This document shows positions 23,801-35,800 of a stretch of DNA of 64,000 bases, piece after piece. The notes below the pieces were generated by a model that was given only the letters and a program-made list of their open reading frames with translations, was not told where the DNA came from and made no database searches. A program made the translations under genes and the position numbers. Origin of the DNA: Bilabrum cf. latius (taxonomy: Eukaryota); assembly GCA_965178125.1 (NCBI GenBank), contig OZ237737.1:1612001-1676000 (forward strand). The letters are read 5' to 3'. Positions within the stretch are counted from its first letter, which is position 1; each line of letters starts with the position of its first letter.

Positions 23801-26800
23801 ACAGATTGGGCCTGGTCCAGCTCCTGACTACATCGTCCAGCAGCCTTACTACACACTGGGAGGGCACCGGCTTGGCTCCTCCCAATGAATCCTTCAGGCT
23901 GACAGCTCCTGCCGGACGCAGAGGCAAAGCATTCTGCGGCGTGCTCGGTTTCGTAATGGTACCCATGGCCTGCAGGCTGTTGATGCGCAAATTGGGGACC
24001 TGCACGTGCAGGGGTTGAGAGACGACGGAGCGACCAGCAAGCTCGCACTGCACGAACAGCCGCGCCTCCGTGCCTTCCTCCGCCAGCAGCTGCAGACACA
24101 TTGTGGCCACGGCTAGTCCCCCGTCAGCGGCAGAACGGACTACAGGCCGTGATACGGTAGCTGCTGCCCCACCTTTGAGTCTGGCTACGTCCCCGCTGGC
24201 CGATGCACCCTCCACGCTCAAGGTGCACGTTGTACCAGATGCCTCCGACCGCGAGAGCGGGAGCTCGTCGCCATCCAGCGACTGCTTGAACAGTTCGACT
24301 GCCACTACATGTGTGTCGCCGTACAGCACCCGCAACGGATTCTGCTCCTGCACCTACGGATCTGCAAGGCCTAGGGCAGCCCTTGTGGCCGCAGGGTCAG
24401 TCTCGGGGCACGTCAGGGCAAGTGACGGCGATACGTCAACACTTTCCACAGGAGTCCATCGCACCTTGACCTCGCTCATTACAACCTCCAGCATCGATCC
24501 GACTTGCAGTGCGTTCCCAAGCCCGGCGTATGAGCCTAATTGCTACTTGGCTGGTCCATCCTGCGACCGGATGGTACCTGTTGTCAGCCAGTCACACCGA
24601 GCATCCACACGCGTCAAAGTGCCAAAGTCCGCAGCAACTCCCAGAGAGTGCGCATGGGCAATGGACGGCAGGCCCCACCCACCTCCACACGACAAGCCCC
24701 GAAGCGCCGGCCCGACTCCCTGGCTCGCTGCCAGCACACCCGTCATCCATGCAGTCTCGTTCAGCGTGCGCGTGTACGTCTGTGTCCAGCCCACAAGCTT
24801 GCCCGCTGCTGGCACGTCCGGGGCATCCGACTCCACCGTGGACAGGCGGACCAGATTGCACCGCATGCGGCCATCGGCGGCGCACCAGCCCTGCCCCCCT
24901 TGCAGCGAGACCCAGGACCCCATGGATCCCAGCTGCCGATGCCGCAGCAGCAGACGGACAGCTGCATCCTCCGCCTCTGCCACGTCCGCAGGTGCATCCG
25001 GCCGGCAGCTCACAGCAGATGCCACCTGTCCATGGGTCAATGCATCGATGGGCAGTCCGGGCCAGCGGTCCGTCATGTTGCAAGGCAGCACCAGCGTCAC
25101 CACCACCTCGGGGACGGGCTGGGCTGCCTGCAGCTCGGGGTTGTCCAGCACGAGGTCCGGGGCCTGGCCGCTGAGGATGAAGCTCCTGTCCACGCTCGGC
25201 ATAGCCACCGCCTGCACCACCTCGCTAGTGCCCTGCCTGGCGCCATGCTCGCTCGATGTGGTGAGCAGCTCGTGCGCCACATCCACCCATGCATCCTGTC
25301 GGCCCACCCGCGGCCTGTCTGCCACCCGCCATCGCACCACAGTGGGAGGCACCACGGCCAGCAGATCCGTCTCTGCGGCATCCTCCAGCACCTGCGAGAA
25401 GCCGTCGCCTGTGATCCACCGGACCTCGAATCGCAGATACACGGCGCCGCCTCGATGCAGGGCGTCCGATGCGTCGTCCCGTCTGCCGATGGCCAGTCCT
25501 ACGCCGCGGAAGGACGTGCACCACATCCCGGACCGACCGCACTGACGCAGGTCTCTGCTCTACGATGCATTCACCAGCACCATGTCGCCGGCCGGGACGG
25601 GCTGACGATCATCCGCGGATGCGCGATCGGCCACTAGCCCAGGGTACTGCAGGCCCGCGGGCCATCGGGATACCGCGGTAGACCGGGACACCGCCGCCAG
25701 TCTCACGTATGACAGCACCCTGCTGGCCTGTCGGGCGTCCAGTCGGGATGCATTGGGACTCCACGCTGACTGATTGCCGTCCTGCGTGTCCAGCTGCTGC
25801 AACAATCCTGCGAATGGTGACTGACTGTGCATCCTCACGGCAGGTGCCGGCACCATCTCCAGCACCTGCTTCCCTGGCAGCAGATGACCCGCAACATCCT
25901 GCCCCACCGGCGGCGGGTCATCGCCCGTGGTGTCTGACCATGGGGCCAGCACCACCACGGGCTCCTTGTTGTCGGTAGATGCAGGTGCAGTGCTGGTATC
26001 TTGGGTCTGCATAGACAGACCCTGGATCGCCTGCTCTGCCATGGCCTGGCGATCCAGCTGCACGTGGATGGGCAGCACGTCTGCACGCAGCAACGGCCTG
26101 GATCCGGCCGGCGCACGCATCACGTCGTACCTGCCTCCCCACGTGCACGAAGCACCCAGCACCACGGACGCAGATGTGCCGACGCCTGCGATCCCCACGA
26201 ACGGGAACCGGATCCGAGCCAGAGCACGTCTTGCTGGAAGAACAGCCACCGTGCTGCCCGCGGTCCGCAGCTCCTCTCGAGCGGCAGCCAGGCCTGCAGG
26301 TCCAGGTCCTAGACGGGCCTCATCCCACGCCCCGGCGGCATCCTCGACATCCAATGCCACCTGGGATGATGAGCCGCCAAGGATACTACCATTGATAGTG
26401 CCCGGGCCTGGATCGATCCAGTCAGCTTGACCACGCCACGTCACATTGCCCACCAGTCTCGGCGACTGCAAGCTTCCCGACGCTGCGGCATCGGCGGCGT
26501 TTCCTGTCTTCCAGGGAGCCCATGCCTCGACCTGCAGCGTGCATGCTATGTCCATGGAGCTCCTGGACAGGCGCGATGCGGGGATCCCAGGCACCTCCAG
26601 CACCACCTCTGGCGGCGGATGCAGAGGCTGCACTCCCGCATCACCGGATGATGTGCTGGGCAGGGCGGAGGGCCAGGATGGCAGTGATGCCGCATCGCTG
26701 GGCACGGGATCCAGAAACGGCAGACTTGACATAGGGACGTCCTGTCCGCTCCCGCCTGCCGATGCCTAGCTGATGAGCGGGGCCAGCGGATGCGGAGGCG

Positions 26801-29800
26801 TCCACAGCGTGTCGGCATCTCCAGCTGCGGACGACACGAGAATCCAAGGCTGCAGCCAATCATCTGGCATGGCATATCCTTGTCGGATGATTCTGTGGGC
26901 GGCATCGGCATTGATCTAAGCGATGGTGTGGCCAGCGTGCCCGTCAAGGGTATCCCACGCCCTGACAGCCCAAGCAACCACTGGGACATCAACACGGAGC
27001 AGCGGTCTGGATCCTGCCGGCGCCCGCATCACGTCGTACCTGCCTCCCCACGTGCACGAAGCACCCAGCACCACGGAGTGACCTGCAGCAGGACCCAAGA
27101 TACCCACGAACGGGAACCGGATCCGAGCCAAGGCACGCGCGGCAGGCAAATTGGCAGTTGCATTTGCAGCGCCCTGCGCCTGCAAACGGGCCGCTTGTAG
27201 TCGTTCTCTCCCTGGGCCTAGAGCATCCTTGGACCATGCCCCCTATGACACCTCCTGCTCTATGTACTCTAGCTATTTAGTTGGCGTGATGATGCTTCCG
27301 TTGATGCTTGCGCCTTGTTCGGATGGATTAGACCACTCCAACGTGCCGCTCCAAGTTGAGTTGCCCACCAGTCGAGGGGCCTGCGTTGCATCATCAGCAT
27401 CTGCATTAGTGCTAATCACCCAAGGAGTCCACGCCTCAACCTGCAGCGTGCATGACACAGTTGGTGAGTATGTGTGCAAGTGATGGGCGGATATTCCGTG
27501 CACCTCCAGCACCACCTCTAGCGGCGGATGCAGAGGCTGCACTCCCGCACCATTGGAAGACGTGCTGGGCAGGGCGCAAGGCCAGGACGGCACCGATACC
27601 AAACCACCTAGTACTAGCTATGTAAATGGTAGCACAGCGGAGCTTGTTGGCCCCACGTAGTCCTGCTTGATGATTGGGACTAACGGATGGGGCGGCTACC
27701 ATACAGCCTCATCACCTGTGTTCGCTGTGCTTGCAAGCCGCCAAGGCATAAGCCATCTCGTTGGGCTGTCATAGCCTTCAGCAATCAGCCTCTGCTTGAC
27801 TATCTCGGCCAGCTCTGCTTCTGCTGATTGGCCAATCATCGGGCTGGTACTGGTAGACGCGCTGTCCCAGGCCTTTATCGCCCAAGCCACCACTGGTGTC
27901 CTCACCCGCAGTCGCTGCACCTCTGCGAACTGCTCCGATGGACTGGGCCACTGGCATAGGGCGCTCACATCCGCCTCCCAGCCAAAGGGAATCGTGGCCC
28001 CCAGCAGCACTCGAGACGCCCCATACGCAATTTGCGGTTCGATTGTGGGCAATCGAATGGTTCCGTCAATACCTGAAACGGCGCATTTGGCCCCCTTGAG
28101 CTGCGCATCGGCGGCTGCCGCAGACGATGTAGCGAGAAGCCCACCCGTCAACAGTCCGCTAGCTAGTTGTTGATCAAGCAGTCGCACTGTGCATGGGATG
28201 CCAGCCTTCTCAACTGGCAGATCAAAGACCCCTGCTGGACCAGAAGCATCCGAAAGCAGCCTTACTTGTAGATAGGGTGCTGCAGAGGATGCGTTGCCTG
28301 CTCTAGATAGAGGCACATCCCCACAGCTGCTTCCTAATCCAGTCTCAATCATCTCAAGCTAGGAACTAGCCTCTGCGGTTGCAGGCAAGATCATGCCCGA
28401 AGGCATTGTGGAACCACTGGTATCGTTAGTGACAAGACCTAAACTGGCCTTCACAGTCGCCACTCGCGCCAGCACCACCACTGGTTCTGAAGAAACTCCT
28501 AGTACGCTGCTCGAGCATCCAATAGCTAACCGCGCCAATTGACCCATGCTGGATAGCAGCCCAAATGGACGGACGTTAACCAGTCCCGTTGTCAGCCCTG
28601 GGGCATAGGACCGGCTGGAATCCACAGGAAGAATTGCAGCCAAGCTGTCCGTAGACAAGCCTTGCGTTGCCTCCACACTGCACGTGACGCCATACCTTTG
28701 GCTCTCGGAGCCTCCGAGAGGCATTGAGAATGCATCAAGGAGGGCTGCCACTAGAATGGGGTCCTGAGTCTCTAGGCCAGGGAGGAACGGAGTGGCTGCC
28801 TGCAGCACCCCGGCTTCAGTTTCTGCAGTGCGCAGCACGTACTACGCTTCCAGTTGCCGCATGCCCGAGCCAAAAGGTCGCAGTTGCCGCCAGGTGCTAT
28901 CGGGCATGCGCATGGCAGATGCATTCACAGCCGTTGAGATGCTAGACGCGGCACTGGCTAGGCGGGTCAGCCATGACAGCAGCCCTGGTGCATCTACAGC
29001 ACCCATCCCGAAAGTCTCGGGCCCACATACCGAATCGAGCACACAGCCATCGCATGCTGCCTGGGCTGCCCTACCGCCCTCGCAGGTACGTGACTGCCAT
29101 ACAGCTTCAGCACTGCCAAGGCCAGTAGAGACACCAATGCACTGCTAGTTTTGATCACTGCTAGTACCGTTCTGAGCGATTGTTAGTGCGGAAGGTGTTC
29201 CTGCTGCAGCAGGGTCAGGGTAGTACAGGACCGCTCCAGCCTCTGCCTCAAGGCCTAATGCAACCACTTGGGACAGCTGTGTCTAGGTCGGGGATCGGAC
29301 GTCCACAGACACGGCAGCACCTACCCTGGCCCTGGTGTGCTCGATCAATAGGTCCTCAACCACAGCAGGAATGTACAACGCATCTGATGACCGCATACGT
29401 GACACCGACAGTGCGCCACCTTGTCCAGCTAGGACAGGTTCCATGTCAGGATCCAGACTCTGAGCTAATTCGCAGTTCCCAATGCCCAGTCCTCGAATCT
29501 CAAGCTGTGCCATGCTGTCTGCCATCACGCACCCGCCTCGCCCCCATGGAAAACCAAACACCCCTCCATGTGAAAAAGAGCACGTGCCTTTTGGCCTGCA
29601 CTGAGACGTGTTGAGACTGAGCGCCGACGAAGCCGCCAGCAGGCCTCCTCCTGGCAGGATGTGTTGCAGATCCAGCGGCGCAAGCGCCTGGCTTGGCACC
29701 GTTGCAGCTGCAGTCTTCACCTGGCTCAGATTGAGCACACCTCGCTGGAGAGATGGTGCGTCATATTCCTCCGCCAGTACCATACCATCGTGCAATGCAG

Positions 29801-32800
29801 CAGGGCCAATCAACACCGCTCGTGCTTGGTCCCCAATGTGCATCCATGCGCCACCCATGCTGCTGGCCCTACACCCGCTCAACCTTGCATTCGGCCCAAG
29901 CTGCATGCTTGAGCGCACAGATGCGAGACACCCGCCACCGAACTGCCCGTCTCCAGGGGCATGCTGCAAGACCCCACCATTTGCCTTGAAAGCTCCGCAC
30001 CCGTGCAGTATTCCGCCGTCACGGAGCACAGAGATCCCGCTGTCATCGTCTGTGAGAGCGACACACCCGCCATAGCCATCCAAAGCTAGCCCCGCACCAA
30101 TGGATGCCCCCGCAATCGTCAAACTAGACTTTGATGTCAGAACCAGTCCGCCTGCGCCACCAGATGTCCCCCTCTCTAGCAAGACCCCGTCCAGCAGCAT
30201 CACACTGGCACCCTGGGAGTAGAGGGCTCCGCCCCCTGACCCTGCCGCGGACCGTGTGCCCGGCCTTACTGCCACGGCGCATCTATCTATTTTGGATCCA
30301 GCTCGCACTATCACGGCGACCAGCGGCTTCGTCGGGTCTATATCGGCCTCTGGGGTTGCAGTCGTCCTGTAGCTGCTGGATACAAGAGCCATCCACTCCA
30401 TCACGCTGGGATGAGAGTCTCGACCACTCGATGCCCACGGAAACAATTGACGGGACAACGCGCAAGATAGCTTGGACATAGTCGTACGCAGTCGCACTTC
30501 GAATGGCACTATCTGGGCTATCGTGCCTGCAGTGCTGTTCTTGGTACAGTTGGTGCAGTTGGTGCCGCCGAGGGGAGTAGAGATGTTGCCAGCTAGGCTG
30601 CGCAGGTGGACATCAGCACTTTCATTCTGAATCATGCAGTTGGTGATACTCGTGGGTGATGAGCACGCTAAAGCTGCCTACATTGCCGTGCGTGCTAGAG
30701 CTTCTGCTTGCGGTGCCAAGCCCCCCTGCGCCTAGTCTAAACGAGTCCACCAGGTTCCGTTCAGGAACTGCAGACACGCGTCTGACTCTGGGACGAAAGC
30801 AGACAGATGATTGCTGCTGGATGTTGATTCATTCTAGGCCTAGCCGGATCTCACACCCACACCTACTGCAGTAGACTCATCGAAGGAGACGAAGCGCTGC
30901 AACTCCTCACGGACCTACGGTCCAGCTGGTCCTGAACCGCTGATTGCCACAAAGGTGCTGCTTCTGCGTGGCTGACCGAGGATTTGTGCATCCCTAAGCA
31001 GTCTATACATATCCTTGAGACCATGAAAGCTCGCCCAGCTGGATAGCATTCCTACCTGAAGCCACATGTCAGCTGTGGTGCGCCCTGCCAGCTTGATGGC
31101 AGAGATAGCACCCCCCCTTGCAGGCACTACTGGGGTGCTGTCGTAGTCCGCTTTCAGAAGGCCCACACCAGTGTTCGATACGCTTGATTGTCGGTACTGG
31201 GGAGCCCCTGCTCCATTGAAGTGGCTTGCATCCATGCTGACGAAAGCATTGGAAACTGCCGCCAGTAGCAGCGCACCTCCCATCCTTGCACCGAGTACAT
31301 GGGCAGCTGGAGTAGAACCACTTAGGATGCCAGGTAGCAGTACAGCCTGGGGCAGCGAGCCGCACGAAGGCAGTGCGTCCTTCCAGGGTACCTTGCTTCC
31401 GTTGTAAGCATCAATTAGCGGGGGCACTCCGCCTGCTGCTGATTGGTTCCAGGGCAAACACGGGTGCGTCCAGTCCGATTCTAAATGGGGTGGACAGACT
31501 GCCTGACCTCCGTGTTGGTCCGTGGCTGTGTCTACACAGGCAAGCCTACCAACAAATGCATGGCTGATGCTCGACCCTTCCATCTAAATGCTGGACTGAG
31601 GAACGGGTCGCAGAAGCGTATCGATGATTGGACCTTGTCCCATGCCCCAACCGTTTGATGCCGCGACCCCTCGGCTGCTGCTGTTAAGTGGGTCCCAGCT
31701 GGCCTGCATGAGTCCCGTGATAGTATCCACAACTCTCAAGGCCAAGCCTCCTTGCACGCCCAGAGCCTCAGCAGCATCGTCGATCTCAACCATGGACTGC
31801 AGCTCGGTGACATTCCCGAGAGAGCCCGTGCCCAGTGGACCAAGGGCCAGGTGCTGACTGGCCATGGCAGGAGGCATACTTTCTGCCTGCAGACTTGCAG
31901 GAAACTGCAGCACCCCAATAGCTCCGCCAGAAGACCCGGCATATGCTCCGTTGATTTCCGACCGCCGCAGCTGGATGGAAGCCACCGTACCATCCAGTCC
32001 TACCATCGCGGCGGCTCCTCCTAGTGTGCCGGCAGCGCATCGATTTAGTGTGCTGTCTTGAACTTGTACAGTCAAGGTGGGGCGGACAGTCACAGAACTG
32101 ACCAGAGTCCATGGAAAGTGGGAAGATCGAGCAGCAGCAATGCACCCTCCCGCGCCTCCCGGTGCCACGCATCCCTCCACCTGTGAAGCTCGCAGCAGAA
32201 CGTCGATGTCTTGCACTGATGCAGCAGATGACTGCACTGACACCAGCCCCCCAGAGCCTAGCAGGCTCGCAGTATTCCAGAATTGACTTGATGTCACCGT
32301 GAGCCGCGCGCTTGATGTGGTGTAGGCTGGGTCTGCGTGGCCCAAGTAGGCCGACAGGGCGATGGCGCCCCCGTCCCACATGGATGGTAGAGGATTGTAG
32401 ACTGCCACATTAGACAAGCTTGCTTCGAGGCCACGCACCGCCATCCTCATTGATATAATGCCACCAGAGGCATGCATTCGAGTTCTTCTAGCTCTGGCCA
32501 TCTCAAGCAAGGCAGTGGCAGTCTCGTTGAGCAACCGGTCCTGCGCCTGTGTCAGCGGAACAACTGTAGCTGCTACGCAAGTAGACAAGACGGTCGCTTG
32601 CTGTTTCAAGGTGTCAGATGTGATTGATATTTTGGCGCGAAGATCCACCGCTCTGTCTGTCAGTATGGTCACATCGGCCTCGGCGCCAGGGAGAGCTGCC
32701 ACGGCCGTCTTCTCACACGAATGCACCAAGTGCAGCTGCTGGTCATTGAGGGGTAGTAAGGTATCATCTCTCCTACGCATGGCATCCCACAGAACAGATC

Positions 32801-35800
32801 GACTGCCAATACACGGCAACAGCGAGCTAGTACACGAGAATGGAATGGGAGCAATTCTGGCGAGTCCGGTATCCAACACGGCAGCATTCCCTTGGGAGAT
32901 GGCGGCATAAATCACGTGGGCCTGCTACTCCAAAGAATGGAGAGCATCAGGCAGGGGCTGGTCCTTTCTAGCTCTAATCATGGCCACATTAGCGAGTGAC
33001 AGCATGGACGGGATTCTCACAGCCTATTCCCGGCTTGGCTGCAGCGGAAGATTCCCGCCGGATCCACTCAGCACGCGACCACCACCAGCTAGACTCGGCC
33101 ACCATGCAGCAGATGCATCCATGGGGAATAGACTCCCATCGTGCAATGCATCTCTGCCCGCAGATCGTACCCAGGCAGATTCGTCGTGGAAAGCGAGCAA
33201 GCGAGGGGGGAGCAACGCGCGCCCAACGGTCACATTCCCATTGTTTGAGACCATATCAAGCACCCCACCTGCATCACCTAGCCGCCAATTATCACGAATA
33301 CTCCCGTGCTTCGATAGATCCACGTCAGTTACTGTCGTGACAGATACTCTGTCGACGTCATGCACCCGCAACAAACTGCCCTGCTCGTCCCCACAGGGAC
33401 TCGATAGCCCAGCAAAGTCCGATTCGTTGCCACCTGCCCTAGCCTCTGCCATTCGCATTCCTTCCCGCACCCCGCACCAGGCAGGCACATTGGATCGAAG
33501 GATCAGAATCTGTGTCATGGTTGTTGCTGTAGCACCTGACACAGATACTGCGGCTCCTACCGACTCCGTATGCCTGTTTTCGGTCGATGTAGATCGCTGA
33601 AGCCCCGTTGAGTCCAGAAGGATCAATCTGGTAACATCTACAGTGGCCTCCTCAGCCTCATAGGATCCCATGGGATTGTACATTCCCAACAGCGATCCAG
33701 ATAGCTGTGGTGTCGTGCCAGAAGTAGGCGCAAGCTGCGACTAGATCTAGCCGCCCTCAGTGATGTTGTAAGTTCGCAGGTCATCCAGAGCCAGGGGATT
33801 CGGACCTGGTGGGGTCTTCAGGAGCAGATCGTCCATAAGAGCGTGGCACCCACTATACACAGCACTACAGCCAGCCTGAACAGCCGCATGCATTGCCTAT
33901 CCTATATTGGCGTCCCCTCGTCGCCCCAGGGCAGGCAGACCTGTTCGTGCGGCGACCACTACGACGTCTGCGATTTCCACCCGTGATACCCGTCGCAAGG
34001 CTAGCACCTGCATCGGCTGGGCCATCCAAGAGGCATCAAGCACCAGTGATGCCTCAAGTCTCACCCGCGACGCCCCATCGATCACTGCAACGGCTGGTGC
34101 TGCTCGAGTGGCTATAGCTCGTAGCAGGGCCCATCGGGCATGTTGGTGATTCGAAGCATTGGCTGCTACGCCCAGGTGACGGAAAGGGAGGGAAGAGCCA
34201 AAGGGTGGCTGATCTTCGTGTATCTCAAAAGGGAGAAGATCTGCATCGGGCTGTTGCAGCACGTCCCTGTCCATGGCCACGCAACTCGGGTGCATTCCCA
34301 CATCCTGCATGACCACATCGATTGACGCTCCCTCCTGCGCAGTGAGGTTTTCCGTGTCAGGACACGACCTGCTGCCGTCCATGGCCACCTGGCAGTTCCT
34401 GCCCGACAGGAGTAGGGCAGCTCCCGATGTTCCCTGGCTCTGCTAGACGACGAACGCCGGTGGGCTGTCCGATGCTTTGCGAAGCTTGGAGGCGGTGCGG
34501 GCGGTGCAGCTGACGATTCGCAGCTTGGACGCAGCGTTCGTACTGGGATCAATGATGAGCGGGGAAATACCATGGTGGAGGGTCAAGTTGCCACTACCCA
34601 GATCCACGCGCAAGAAGTCTATGCCCACGACCCGCACTTGGGTTTCGACGGCTAGCTCGAGCCTGAGAGCGTCTGCCCCCCCCCACAGCATGGGAGTGTT
34701 GTCGAAGGCGAATTCCCACCTGGGATCTGCCGATGTGTTGTAGGACGTCTGCGAGTTGTATACCTCTTGCAAGTCTGCTTGAGCAGCGGCAGGACCGCAG
34801 ACGCTGATGGGATACCGAGAAGTGTTGGCTGCAGCTGGTGGAGCAGACCTGGCAAGGGCGTTCTGAATAGGAGCTGCGCCCATTGCGTGCCTCGCCCAAT
34901 CTAACCCCTGCATCGGCGACTCGCTTTCCGCTACAAGTGCTCGTCGCATCTCGTTGGATACCCAAGCGTCTAGGTACTCGTCGGTGCATGCGATACACCC
35001 CCCCTTGGCCGCATTCACAAAACGAACCATGCTCCTCCACGCACCTACCCCCATTATGTCGACGCTGCTGATCGGTAAATGCAAGCTGCTAGCGTTAGCT
35101 GTCTCCACAGACACTCCATCCGAACGAATTGTGCGGATGCTTGTCCCCTCTGTGTGTGTGGAGCTGGTGATCTGGGACGTATTTGGACTGAGAATGACAA
35201 CACGCAATCCAACGCCACCCTCCTTGCCAGTGTTGTACCTATAGCGCGCAAACGTGGTTGCAGCCGCTTGAATGCTGGGACATACCGGCATGGCCTGCAG
35301 AAGAGCTACTGGGTCGTCATACAGTGCAACAACCGCAGCATGTACACTGTCGGAGCTTGAGTTCTGCCCCCTCCGGATCGCTTCCCGCTCGAAGTACTGC
35401 AATGGATCGCGGTTGCACGGGTCCGGCTCCCCCGGGGGCGATGCTACTGCTGGGTCCACGAAGAAAGTGCGTTGCACATCCACATGGAAAGACTCCCGCG
35501 AATGACGGTCCGGTTGGCGAACTAACTTGTTCGTGTCCCTGCTCTCGGACTCATCCGTTTCTCCCTAAAAGCACCTGAAGCGGTTTGTTGCGGTGCTGTC
35601 CATCATGACGCAAGTCGCCAGCTTGCCCGTGGCTACTGCGACTGCACCTGCAGGACTCGAATGGAACGAAGCGGTGTCACTGCTCTAGCAGGCAAACCCT
35701 TTCCTGATCGCCAGCAAGTGAGCCTGTGTGTCTTCGTCGGACATTGAAGCAGCGAAGCACACCGGACAGCCTGACTCAGTCACCACGCAAACGTGCGAGT

